Origin: Octopus vulgaris
Taxonomy: Eukaryota
Reading direction: 5' to 3'
Assembly (NCBI GenBank): GCA_951406725.2
Contig: OX597818.1
Span: forward strand, 104,160,001 to 104,224,000
Length of the DNA stretch: 64,000 nucleotides
In this document: piece by piece, positions 44,524 to 57,746 of the stretch
How the letters are laid out: the number at the start of each line of letters is the position of its first letter
Position numbering within the stretch: position 1 is the first letter of the stretch
Program-made: the position numbers and the translations under genes
The notes under the pieces: model-generated
The model's input: only the letters and a program-made list of their open reading frames with translations
Database searches by the model: none
What the model was told of the DNA's origin: nothing

Positions 44524-45240
44524 CACGAACCCACAACAAACACACTTACACCTGCACACACCCTACACACACCTTTACCCAGATATTAACACCATGACAC
44601 ACACAAATATATGGTTCCACACATACACATAATTGAATACGGGTGCAAAACATCCAACACTATTTTTTGGAAATGGCTGTAAATATTGACTTCACACAAA
44701 TACGTTGCTTCCCGATACAGGCACAAGGCCAGCAGAACTATAAATATTGAAAATTGTACCCACACACACACACATATATACACGCGCGCGCGCCCCAACA
44801 TACATATAAACACACACGCGCGCGCGCGCACACACACATACATACATACAGCTCTCCCTGTTCTAAACGAACTTACTTATCCAGTCAAGCGGAAAATACA
44901 CTCCCTAACTACGCGCTAAAAAGCTATTTAAAATATCCACATGACGTCTACTGACCAGCCTGAACAATAAGAATTTTCAACAACACTATTTTCGAAAATT
45001 CTAAACATTCACGTGACCTCTTTATTATGGCCAATAAGAAATTTTAGGCGGGACACTAGCCAAATTTTAACTTCTCTGGAGCCTTTTTTCTTACCCCAAC
45101 ACCAACTTCCATTCAAACATTCACGTGACCCCTTCATAATGACCAATCAAAATTTTAGGCGCGAAACCAAGCAAATCCAAAACAACTCTGGAGCCTCTTT
45201 TTTTCACATATAAGAGACAGACTCTAATCTCTCTTTTATA

Positions 45241-45276
45241 TTTTGATAAGCATAACAAATGCGCAACCGGTAAAAA
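45241..45276 (+). ncRNA. Degenerate minimal hammerhead motif in the PLE 3' pseudo-LTR
   Basis: UU UUGAUAA GCAU-AACAA-AUGC GCAA CCGG UA AA: stem II and palindromic stem III (ACCGGU) intact; three core substitutions. Confidence 0.55.
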
Positions 45277-45417
45277 GAACTTTCACCTAATTAAATTACT
45301 TAAATTACTTCAATTATTTGTCAGCATTTTCTTCATTTCCTTTTTTATATATCACCACTCGTGTTCGACATCTCCTTTGTTTAAATATATATATATATAT
45401 ATATATACATATATATA

Positions 45418-45550
45418 CCGGAGTAAACACATAAATGTGAAACAAGGTGGAAAAAAGAGTAATCAAATACCAGTGGTAGAATAATATGCTTTATTTAAAG
45501 CAGCAGAAAATTCAGAGTAGCAGGTTTTGTTGAATTTTCTGCTGCTTTAA

Positions 45551-45553
<3 letters not shown>
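45418..45553. mobile_element. Small (TA)n-flanked insert ending in a 23-bp perfect inverted repeat
   Basis: tatttaaagcagcagaaaattca (45492-45514) / tgaattttctgctgctttaaata (45531-45553). Confidence 0.55.
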
Positions 45554-45589
<36 letters not shown>

Positions 45590-45592
<3 letters not shown>

Positions 45593-45765
45593 CCTCTAAA
45601 CCTTTTTTTTTTTATTTTCTCTTTCTATTTTTGTGTTCCTTTCAATTGAAGAGCGTAGGCTCGAAACGTAAAATCTTTCTCACTTTCCGAGCGTTCAACT
45701 AATATTTCTGTTTGTTTACACGCCCGTCTTCGTATTTTGGTTTCTGTTTTTTAAATTCCAACTAT
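45590..45765 (+). mobile_element. Short microsatellite-flanked insert with degenerate hammerhead (probable PLE 3' end)
   Basis: 45639-45673 reads CUUU CAAUUGAA GAGC-GUAG-GCUC GAAA CGUA AAA. Related to a more decayed copy at ~2350-2485 and a reverse-oriented tail at ~6810-6875. Confidence 0.5.
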
Positions 45766-45814
45766 ATACATACATACATACATACATACATACATACATA
45801 CATACATACATACA

Positions 45815-45861
<47 letters not shown>

Positions 45862-46381
45862 GAGTGTGTGTGTGTAGGTATGTATGTATATATATATATT
45901 TACATATATATAGATAATCATATTGTATACGTACGTATAAATATATTTATGTGTATATGTCTACATACATACGTATGCATACATATCTTTGCCATTTTTG
46001 GCGTAACCGACGTGTACACGTATTCACAATACGTAAATGCGGCTTTTTATTGTGACTCTAATCTGCAAACCTACCCTCGCAAACCATTCTTTACGCGTCA
46101 AGTAATACTATAAGATAACCAGAGTAGTTCATCAGGAAGAAGACGGCTTAGCTCGTAGATGTGATTGTGGCTATCTCGTTCATCCGCTGTCGGCCATGCA
46201 AAACAATATGATTTGCTCTTGCAGAAGGCCTTGGTATTTGGTGTCGTATGATGGGATCGAGATTACATTTGATACATCCAAGTATAGCCTGCTTGTTAGG
46301 TTATCTTTTCTCCGCCTTAATAGACACACAAATCAGTATCTGCATTAAACACCAACACTCACATACACATACACAACTACC

Positions 46382-46413
<32 letters not shown>

Positions 46414-46483
46414 CACACACAAATATTTACGTGTGTATGAGAGTGTATACAAATATAAAAATACATATATGTGTGTGTATATA

Positions 46484-46540
<57 letters not shown>

Positions 46541-46546
<6 letters not shown>

Positions 46547-47072
46547 ATATTGGCGGGGCTGGCCTGCTAGGTAGCCGGCCAGAATGCTAGAAATAGATCA
46601 TAAACGATCAAACTACAAGGGAAATTCTCTAGAGGAAGAATTCAGCGAACACCAGAACCAAATTTGGCGGGCAGGGACATATGAAAAATTAAATAAAAAA
46701 CAGACTTATGTGCATACCTCGGTTTCGGTCTTAACAAAAGAATTGAAGAAGTCACGGACACTTGAATTATGCAAGTAATTCTTTTGTTAAGACCGAAACC
46801 GAGGTATGCATTTAAGTCTGTTTTTTATTTAATTTTTCATATGTCCTGCCCGCCAAATTTGGTTCTGGTGTTCGCTGAATTCTTCCTCTAGAGAATTTCC
46901 CTTGTAGTTTGATCGTTTATGATCTATTTCTAGCATTCTGGCCGGCGACCTAGCAGGCCAGCCCTGCCAATATACACATATATTTGAATTTTCTCTGACT
47001 CCTCAGATTTTTTGAATGCTGGACTACTGGTTTTAAATTGATATTAAAATTAATATTAATTTATCTCCCTCA

Positions 47073-47078
<6 letters not shown>
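46541..47078 (+). mobile_element. Fold-back insert with ~200-bp near-perfect inverted arms, in (TA)n
   Basis: 46541-46744 is the reverse complement of 46777-46978 (32-nt loop, few mismatches), followed by a unique ~100-bp tail. Contains the hammerhead 3' half GACC GAAA CCGAGG UA UGC. Confidence 0.75.
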
Positions 47079-47120
<42 letters not shown>

Positions 47121-50100
47121 TGTATATGTGGTTGTATGTGTTTATTCATGATGCATGTGTATATATATATATATATATATATACATAAATATGTATACAT
47201 ATATATAAATACACACACATACATATAAGCATAGTTAATAGATAGACACATACATACAGATATGTGAATGCTTGTGAGTGAATGTGACGAAAACACATGT
47301 AGTTACAAGTAGTTACATTAGCAAAATCGAAAAGCATGCCATAAATAGTGAGTTTGTGATCGCTTGTCCTAATCTATTTCGCTATCTAATACCGGGCCTG
47401 TTAAAGTCTATCACCTCTCTTGAAGTTATTGGGATAAACTAATTTGAAAACTGGTTGTTAGTGAATGCTCTAAACATATAAATTATACATTTTTGTGTGC
47501 TTACCACAATGTTGTACATTCATCTACAACAAACCAACTACGGACACCTTATGTAATAACTCGAAATGCTATCAATGGCATGCAGAGCTCCTTCGCATCG
47601 CACATAATTAGAAAGTGTATGTACATACACGATTATATAGTTCTAGTTGCATTATAACTTGACAAAAGTTTAATCGTTATGGATGAACTGGCCTTGATTA
47701 TAGGGTTTTGTAATGAATTCTGACTTCTGATATACAGTAGCTGCATATTAAACCCTTCTACATCAGTTATCTCTATACGTAGATATTACGAGTAAATATC
47801 ATTTCCACAAGAATATCTAACCGTTGGAGATGAATTGCCGAGCAATATTCTTTCGTGAGAAGGCATGTAATATTTTCAACTCAGATAGCAATATACTTTT
47901 TGTTCGAGTGTAGTGACCTTTTTTTTTCCATCTATCTCTCGTTTGTTGGAAGAAAGAGCACGTCCTGAATAGAAACTTAACATAAACTACGAATTAACTT
48001 TTTCAGATATTTGAAAGGAAAAATAAAAACTGCAATCTACTTGCGTTTTCATGAAACCCCAGAGGGACAATAGCTTCCGTGATATACGTAGCAGAATACC
48101 CAAACTATAGGATGTGTGTAATTATTTTCCCTATTATTTTCTTTTTCTTGTTCAAGACACTTTTATAATGTATTTTCCCCACTCTTTCGTTACCCGTTGG
48201 AACAAAACTTATTTATCTACTTTAAAACATCATCTCCTGAACGAGATTCAAACTGCTTTTTATACTATTTGCAGTCAATTCACTGACCAACGGACAGTGT
48301 AGTGTATTCCATGCTGACATGTTTATTGGACAATAAAAATTCTTCAAGCCCTTTATGAAACACATCTAAGACATTATTCCGGTTACAAATTAAGCTAACA
48401 CAACAACAATAAATAAATATCTGTATTGATTATCGAAGGCAAGCTCATCGAAATTGCAGTGAAAGCAAAAACCCAAGAGGCGATGCAAATATTTCTTCAC
48501 AGATTCGCTGCTGTCGACTTGTAAGAAATATATCTTACAACCGTAATGGACAAAAGTAAAATTAAGTGCCTTTCACAGGATAGAATATTTCACTACGGTA
48601 TATATTTTATAACTTATTTTGGGGACTCGATGATTACAAATCGATAAGCAAACCAATTTGAAAACTAGCCAAGCTTAACTTAGTTCACTTTCGTTTAGAC
48701 TTATTTCTATATTATATATCTCATTTTATTTTTCAATTATTTACTTTGTTTCATTTTTTTTCCATACGTCAGTTTATTGATAGTGAAAATTTTCGGTCGA
48801 TGTTAAATTTTTATTTTTTCATTAACTTATTGTTAACACTTTGGGAGTCGAATATTTTTAAGTAATCGTAAAGAATAACTTGAAAAAGAATAGACAAGTT
48901 ATTTTGTCCAACTCCATACGCTGTATATACAATAACACGATGCACTGTCTTTTTTCCACACCACATATTCACGGCTGAAATTAAAGAATCTTCATTTACA
49001 TCTGTTCCAGTGCTTGTTCCATTACCATGACATTTGTCCATAATATGTTTGATATGAAATAATTTTGATGCAGCAACCCCCAGATGCTTTTACTTAGCAT
49101 TCCACATACGATCTTGTCTCCGGTAAATTATTCCAGTAATTTCCTAAAATCAGAATTTTGCTTTCAGACTAATGTCAGTTAATAATGTATCAAACTTCTT
49201 CAATCGTTATTGATTTCTACTGAAAGGTAAGCAACAGACATATGTAATGAACTCTTTTTTCTTTTCGCGGTTGTTACATGTAGATCGTTGCTTTAACGGT
49301 TATAATTTCGTCTATATCATCTTGGGTTTCGAATCCAAAACATTTAAATATCTATTCTGGAAACCCACCACATGGAGGAATGTAGGAGCATGTAGCGTCT
49401 TGTCTTTTTACAATGATCTCAATCGAATAACGCGTTATTGTTATTTCCAGACCTTTTAGCTTTCATCTAGATTTCGTTGAAAACTCAGTTCCTTCGGTTA
49501 CTACAAGTTCAACTTTGTTCGACTGATAGTAACCTCAAAGATTGTTCCAGGTCTTTTCATGCTTAAAGCAACTTTAAAATACGCTTCATGCGCATGTGAT
49601 AAAATAGCGGTTGTGAAAGACAAAATTAATTTCACCAAAATACTTGTCCTTGCGTGTGCAAATTCTTTCTTTTGTAACGAGGCGCCAATTTAGCACACTT
49701 CTGACTCCATGCTATGTCGCGGGTTGCTGACATATTTCCGACTTCAATCTATGTCGCGTTTTGTTGGCGTATAACTAAGAGAAGAAATAAGCAGTCTTAC
49801 CCATCAGTGAGTTACCACTGAATGCAGTTGCGTGCTAAATATTTTGTTAAAATATGGTTGGTTAAATACAAGAAGTAGCAGGCCATCTTATTGTGAGTGG
49901 GAATAAACTCAATACAGTACAATGGAAAAATAATTCAATCTAAGTGGTTTAAAGGAACACAAAGTTTGAATCAACTGTTTATTGATCAAAATATATAAAC
50001 AAGATGTATTGGCTCTCTTCCAATCGCATAAACACGCAATGACACAAACACACAAATGTGTACAAATACATCTTATTGTAGTGATGGGACTAATCTCTGT

Positions 50101-50360
50101 TTTATTTTAATTTTTTTTCCCAATTCCTGGTCTCTTATTAAACAATTTTCACGTGACCAGCGATGCTAATCACGGTGCTGTAAGTACCAACAGAAATATT
50201 TTCACCACAGCAGAAAACGGGCGAACTCTAAATCTGTTTATTCACTACTTACTAAAGTGAAGTGTGTTGGTACACGCACGTGCACACTTGCGCGCGCACC
50301 CAAACATACGTACACTCATACATGCATACATATACATACATATATAAATACATACAAATG

Positions 50361-50448
<88 letters not shown>

Positions 50449-50520
50449 TGTATGTATATGTTGTATATGTTGTTGAATATAATAATTCTTCAGTTATAGA
50501 ATAATATTAAATAAATAGAT

Positions 50521-50935
50521 AGGCGTAGGAGTGGCTGTGTGGTAACTAGCTTACTTACGAATCACATGGTTCCGGGTTCAGTCCCACTGCCTGGAACCTT
50601 GGGCAAGTGTCTTCTACTATAGTCTCGGGTCGACCAAAGCCTTGTGAGTGGATTTGGTAGCCGGAACATGAAAGAAGCCCGCCGTATATATGTTTATATA
50701 TATATATGTGTGTGTATATGTTTGTGTGCCTGTTTTTGTGTCCCTCCCCCCGCCAACATCGCTTGACAACCAATGCTGGTGTGTTTACGTCCCCGTAACT
50801 TAGCAGTTCGGCAAAAGAGACCGATAGAATAAGTACTTGGCTTAGAAAGAATAAGTCCTGGGGTCGATTTGCTCGACTAAAGGCGCTGCACCAGCACGGC
50901 CACAGTCCAATGACTGAAACAATTAAAAGAGAAAA
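50521..50935 (+). mobile_element. tRNA-derived SINE family A, full length (best copy)
   Basis: A-box-like TGGCTGTGTGG, B-box-like GGTTCAGTCCC, CCTTGGGCAAGT core, central (TA)n/(TG)n, 3' half ending cagtc.aatgactgaaacaa.taaaaga; ~14 copies in the window. Confidence 0.9.
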
Positions 50936-51780
50936 GATAGAAAGAGGCAATTAATTATTGCGGCGTACCGTATATATGTTTCTATTAAGCATTACGTAGA
51001 ATTATTTTTTGTAGTCGCTCTTGGTTGAATGAACGAATGTCTAAAGTTAAATTTGGTCTCGCGTTTCTTCTTCTTTGCATTTTTTAACAGCTAAGTTTTT
51101 TTTCAGATGTTCAGTTAGAATTTTACCAATGTGAATGACCTTGCTAACGTTGAGTTAACATGAATTTTTGTACATATTATCAACTTTAAATATATTATGT
51201 ATATATATATCAGAGGCGACTTCAGGTCACCAGCGTCACTCGGGCTCATCACGGATTTCTCATAAGACACATGCCTGCTCGAACAATTTCACATTTTTCC
51301 GTTTTATTTTCTAGCCCTAAATGGCTTTTTTTAAATTTCTAGCACTATGTCTTTCTCTATTTCTAAGCTAAGCGTAAAAATAAAGCAACCCTACAAAGCA
51401 CAACTGACCTTTACACACAGACGCACAGAATAACAGCAATCAAATAGCGACAGCGGAGTACACAACAAACATCAGCGATCTGACAAGAGATGCCAGTTAG
51501 TCTTTTACAGCTACCAGGCTCGTTCGTATTAGCCGGAGATGCTGGATAATTTTTCGTCCCTTTAAGAATATCGTAGAACGGAAACTTTTCATAGATTGAA
51601 ATTTGAATCCTAATCTAAATACAAATTTTTTGTTTCAAGAAAACATTGAATTTGGATTACTTTTAATTTTTAAAATTATAGATAACATCTCAGGCTGTAG
51701 CTTCTGAGCCCGAGTCAGGCGTGTGTGAATGATAACGAGAAAATGCCTGCTACGAATTATATCTTATGAAACAGGGCACT

Positions 51781-52042
51781 TGTAACACGTTTTGAGCGCA
51801 GCCAGTCTTTTAGCAATCTGCACAAAATTTTGATGGATAACAGAACTGAGGCAATAGCGTGTCTTAGAGGAAATGAAAGTGTGAAAGAGACAGAGAGAGA
51901 CCAGAGGACTAGTCATGTCGCACGTTCGGATGACCTCTAGTCAACTCTTCACTCTGCTACTCTACTGTGTTCTACTCTACACAGCTGAGGCGACGAGAAT
52001 TTCGTAGCTCCCAGAGTCACAGTGTAGTATTGTGATATAACA
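51781..52042. mobile_element. Possible solo LTR
   Basis: TGT...ACA termini, flanked by near-identical 5-mers gcact (51776-80) and ggact (52043-47); higher GC than flanks. Confidence 0.35.
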
Positions 52043-53038
52043 GGACTATTTCAGATAAGTATTGTGCAGACAATACTTATCAAGAAACTCAGTTAACAGT
52101 AATGTTGTTCGCTTGCGAAGATGGTGATATGAAGACCGTGATCGGCACATATGTTTGTTATTTCATATAACAGTCAATTTATACATTGTCTTATTCGGTT
52201 CTAATCCTAGGTATGTTATAAGCAATACGGTCATATCGTCATAAGACAGTGCGAAAATATCTACAAAAATATCTACACGAAAAAAAAATGTATTAGAAGT
52301 ATGATTATGCGACAACAAAGTATTTTATAAGTCTTTTATATTTGCGAACATTACACATCTTTAAATGTCATCTTCCTCATAGTACGACTATGCGTAGTTC
52401 GTTGTTGCTAGGAATCTGATTCTGTGTTTCTGTTTCTTTGCATGTATACGTTATTCCTTTGCTCATGTATATTACTATCTATCGATAAATCTATGTATAT
52501 GCGTCTTCCTTTGTAATAGTACGTATGCATGTTTAATTCTATGGTAGGAATCGACAAATACATTGCCATTTTTTTCTAAAGCAATAAAATATATGAAGAA
52601 AACATAATCAAATACAGAAAGAAAATATAACAACAAATTCGACAAAAGAAACTTAGTGTATTCATTTGAAATGTATCTTCCAGAAGCGGTTTGCATTCTA
52701 TTACACATATTTCTTTCACCTAACATAACATAATCTTCTGCTTCACGCAGTCATTACGCCAGTTGGCTATCGTTAATTCTCTGCAGAAATCATATCTGAG
52801 TGAAAATTCAATAGTTCCTTTGCTGTTTTCCACCTCTAGCGTATAATTCCAGTTACCATTTGTGTTATCTCGATATTTATCTAATTCATTCAGTGCACTC
52901 ATTCATTTATTAAATGTATAGCTAACAGTCAATCATAAAACATCGCAAAGGTGGATTCTCCAGACAAATATAGACTGTCATAAACATAAGCAGACGCATA
53001 CACACCCACACGCACATGCAACAGACATAAAAATACAT

Positions 53039-53085
<47 letters not shown>

Positions 53086-53276
53086 CATGCATATATATAC
53101 CCTTATATATATATTTATATATATATATGCATACATGCACATACATATATGCATATTTATATATATAGATATGCATATATATATACACACATATAAATAC
53201 ATGCATATATATATGTATGTATGTGTATGTATATATATACACATACTTGTATATATATATGTATGTATGTATGTTT

Positions 53277-53373
<97 letters not shown>

Positions 53374-54350
53374 ACGAATTGTATGTTTGTGCGTGCGTGT
53401 AGAAGTCAGTTTGTACCTTTGGATATGTGCGTGAGACTGCGCGCTTTTGTACGTGGAATGCGTATATGTGTGTATGCATGCGAAATCATTATTCAATAAG
53501 AGCCATGCGTGTAGGAGTGCTGTCTTCAATTTTTTGTTGAATATCTCACATCTACTGTTGTAACTTTGAATTAGAAAGGAAAGCTATATCTAGAAACGAA
53601 GTATAAAAATAAAAATACCAGAAATAACATAGAATTCTAAAAATTGTATCGATATGCAACGTAATTCATAACAGTCGAAATGTCTTTGCATGTCACCAGA
53701 AGTTATTTCTATATTCAGAATTAAATAAACTACAAGATTGGGTTTCGTACGAATTTATAATCTAAACGCTATCTAAGTAAAATAATGGTTACTATGTTTT
53801 TTCAAAATATTTGTATAGAATTTTGAGCAGAAAGCATTGGAGTTAATTGACTGCTATACATTAAGAATATTATAGGAAGAATTTTAGAAATACCAGTCAT
53901 AAATAGAACTGTTTATGACAAGGACAGACAGCGATCATCAACACATTTTAAAACAACTAAAATGTGTACTTACAATGAACCGACACAATAGATGACCTAT
54001 TGTACGACATAAATGTCAAAATAAGAGAAAAATAAAAATTAACTCGTATAAAAGGAGAACAATGGTATTAAACTAAATCTCAGACATGAAAAGAAACAAA
54101 TAATTTAAAAGAGTAGACAATGAGATCATCAAACAAGTAATAAAATATGTTGGCAACGATTTGGAAATGTCTCGCAAACATTACACTACCAATGTATTAT
54201 TGTTATGTCCAACATTATATATACATATACACATGCGATGTTTTCACAAAATACACATGCGCACACGCACAAACACACACACACACATGTATACATATAT
54301 GTATATACAAACATATATATATATACATGCATATGTATACACACACACAT

Positions 54351-54385
<35 letters not shown>

Positions 54386-54642
54386 CAAGCATATGAAATA
54401 CAGAATACACAGTTATATCTTGAGATAGTAATAACAATACTCAAAATTTAATACAGACTGGAGTTGTAGTGCTCCAAATGAGCGATATTCCGCTTCTTAA
54501 TCTGAGTGGAGGCAATACGAGCAGGAACTAAAGGAACATTACTAAGGTCCACACATATATATATATATACAAGCATATATATACATACATATACATACCT
54601 ATATATACAAGCATTTATATTTATATATATATATATATAAGC

Positions 54643-54890
54643 AGATCAGACCGTAACAGTCTCTGGAAGCTAGGATCACCAAGCATTGATTGGCATATTT
54701 TGGTCATACTATGCGGAGAAAATCCCTGGAGAAGGGCATCATACTCGGAATGGTCAGTGGCAAGAGAGGAAGAGGCTGACCAAGAACTCGCTGGCTTGAC
54801 ACCATCAAGAGTGATACCGGAATGGACATAGCCAATCTGAAAGAAGCGACCCAGGATATAACTGACTGGAGGACACTCATCCATCGAGTA
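54643..54890 (+). mobile_element. RTE-clade LINE 3' fragment
   Basis: Translates SLEARITKH*LAYFGHTMRRKSLEKGIILGMVSGKRGRG*PRTRWLDTIKSDTG...ATQDITDWRTLIHRV, the typical RTE/BovB C-terminus. Confidence 0.85.
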
Positions 54891-54913
54891 ATATAAATAT
54901 ACATATATAAACA

Positions 54914-54952
<39 letters not shown>

Positions 54953-55397
54953 GCTTAAATACATATACAGACTTACATACACACATACATATATACATAC
55001 ACACACACACACACACACGCATATATATTGCTGCTATGGTGACATCGTATTTCATTATGGAATCCTTATAAACTATCAAGTATATTTTCAAGGGTTTATT
55101 CAATAGCGTATCCTACTATGTGTTAGTGGAGCGTTGTTTTCATTTCTAAGTGTATCTCAACGAGTCTTCGTATACGAAAGGTCATTCTATTCAATGCTGG
55201 CGTTAAAGTCTATAGAAAATTTGTAGAGGCACACTAACACTTCGACACCTGTACAGACAACATCAATTTGATGGAGAGAATGGGCTAATGAGTGACACGA
55301 ACATTTGATCACTAATAGGTCGTCTTTGAAGAGACTGACAAACGCATATGTACGTGTGTGTGTGTGTGTGTGTGTGTGTGGCTGTCTGCGTTTGTGC

Positions 55398-55438
<41 letters not shown>

Positions 55439-55469
55439 CGTGCATGTATATATATATATATATATATAT

Positions 55470-57700
55470 AAAATATTATTAGAGACAAAACCACTATTTT
55501 GCAAAACAAACAAGGAAAGACTTAATCAATACATAAAATTTTAATAAATAGTCAAAAAAACCGCCACTACAATTGTTTCTTGTCTTGATCGACAATCTTC
55601 AGGTGGACTTCCAATCTAAAATATCAATATTTTAAAATATAAAATAATAATTTTAAAATAATTAAAGTATGAATGAAAAAATATAAATATATAATCCATA
55701 TATAACCTATATATAATCCATATATAATCAATATATAAACAATATATAAACTAAAATAAACCTATCAACAATTAAATATAAAATATAAAATATAAAATAT
55801 AAAATATAAAACAAAACAAAAAAATAATAATAATATAATAATAAACTATATATACACCCATACACATATACCTAATTATATATAACCATATCTAACTACA
55901 TACACTAAATCACACACCTATAAATATATCCCTATACATACACATAAAAACGTCTAGGCAACTATAAATAAATAAAATAGCTAAATACTTCAACACAATA
56001 CTAATTCATACTCCCACACACACACACACATACAACCCACATTCACGCTCTAGAAAACGGACATTACTTAAAATTATGAACGGAGAAATGGAATAAATGG
56101 AATTAAAAATTATATTCACTTGGTAAAACGAACACTACTTAAAAATTATGAATGAAACAATGCAATAAAACAACAGACATCGCAAATAGACACAAATTAC
56201 TACGAATTCCTCAACAAACCTACCATGATAAACCAAAACTCATAAAAACATATAATGATAAAATCTCCCTTTACTAAACTCTATAACATACCTATATAGC
56301 AATCCCCCTAACCTAAACATTCACACACAAATACACACACATAAACCACACACCCACGACATATACAAATACCCACACCACTTACACATACCTATACATA
56401 CATATAAACCTCAACATATACTCCAAAAACCCACTCAACCCCACACAGACAAATAAACACAAAAATTATGAATGGATTCTTTTATAAAACTACCATGATA
56501 AGCTAAAACTCACAAAACATAAATGATAAAACCTCCCTTTACAAAACACTATAACATACTTATATAGCAATCCCTTTAACCTATACATTCACACACAAAT
56601 ACACACACGTAAACCACACACCCATAACAAATACAAACACCCACCCCACTCACACGCACCCACAAGTACATATAAGCCTCAACATATACACCAAACAAAA
56701 TTACTTTACCAAGGAACTTAACATATGTATAAAAAATATATAACCGCTCTGGAAACGAACATCTTTAAAATAATGAATGGAGAAATGGAATAAATGGAAT
56801 TAAAAATAATATTCACGTGGCAAAACGAACACCACTCAAAAATTATGAATGAAACAATGTTATAAAACAACCAACATCGAAAATAGACAAATTACCACGA
56901 ATTCCCTAAAAAAACCATGATAAACCAAAACTCTTAAAAACATATAACGATAAAATCTCCCTTTGCTAAACTCTATAACAAACCTATATAGCAATTCCCC
57001 TAACCTAAACATTCACACACAAAAAAAACACACACGTAAACCACAGACCCACAACTTATACACATACCTATACTAACTTATAAACCTCAATATACACCAA
57101 AAACCCACTCCCTCCCCACACAGACAAATTAACACATACATCCCAAAACCTAAATAACAAACCCATATACACATTCACACACAAACACACACACACGCAA
57201 AACACACACACACAACAGATACATATACTCCCTCAATATACGCATATACATACTCACTAAACTCGATATATACAACAATATTTACACACCCACACTCATA
57301 CAGATAAATAAATTATACAACTAAAAAGTCACACACAATCTCATATACATAAACACTCCAATAAAAAACAACATTAAATACATCGTAATTAACCAGAATA
57401 TCAAAAATAACAATATGACATAAGGAGAAATAAAATACATACTTACATATCAGTTTCAAATTATGAAGTGAAATTAAATTCTTAGCCGTTAATAAAATCA
57501 AACCAAAATTACGTTACCATAGAAATATAACTTATGTAAAAAAAGAATACGCGCCATGGAAAGTAAACGTCATTTAAAATTATGAATGGAGAAATAGAAT
57601 AAATGGAACTAAAAACTATATCCACGTGGCAAACCATCACTACTAAAAAAAATTTATTATGAATGGATTCTTTAATAAAACTACCATAATAAATTATTAT
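55470..57700 (-). mobile_element. ~2.2-kb non-coding, strand-biased element with nested tandem repeats, ending in the intact hammerhead
   Basis: A/C-rich plus strand. Motif ttaaaattatgaa.ggagaaat.gaataaatggaa occurs at ~56068, ~56765 and ~57573; motif ccatgataa.c.aaaactc...ctccctt occurs at ~56220, ~56490 and ~56915. The left end abuts (TA)n. The right boundary is uncertain. Confidence 0.55.
55564..55606 (-). ncRNA. Minimal type-I hammerhead ribozyme, intact core
   Basis: Minus strand reads CCAC CUGAAGA UUGUC-GAUCAA-GACAA GAAA CAAUUG UA GUGG: 4-bp stem I, complete core, 5-bp stem II, palindromic stem III (ACAAUUGU), GUA cleavage triplet. Confidence 0.85.
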
Positions 57701-57746
57701 ATACATTTATGAGCTTTAGCTCATCTTAGCAGCTCTAACAAACAAC

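Larger units (their letters stand above)
42549..45385 (+). mobile_element. Penelope-like element with inverted 5' copy of its 3' pseudo-LTR, inserted in (TA)n
   Basis: 42549-43096 is the reverse complement of ~44726-45350, but lacks ~45176-45248. The RT/EN ORF lies between the arms and (TA)n flanks both sides. Confidence 0.92.

Noticed and set aside
48800-49780. Possible highly decayed Tc1/mariner-type transposase on the minus strand
   Set aside because: Only vague motif echoes; no continuous frame, DDD/E motif or TIRs could be established by eye.
50521-50590. tRNA gene calls for SINE heads
   Set aside because: A/B boxes are present but they continue into SINE bodies and do not give a clean cloverleaf.
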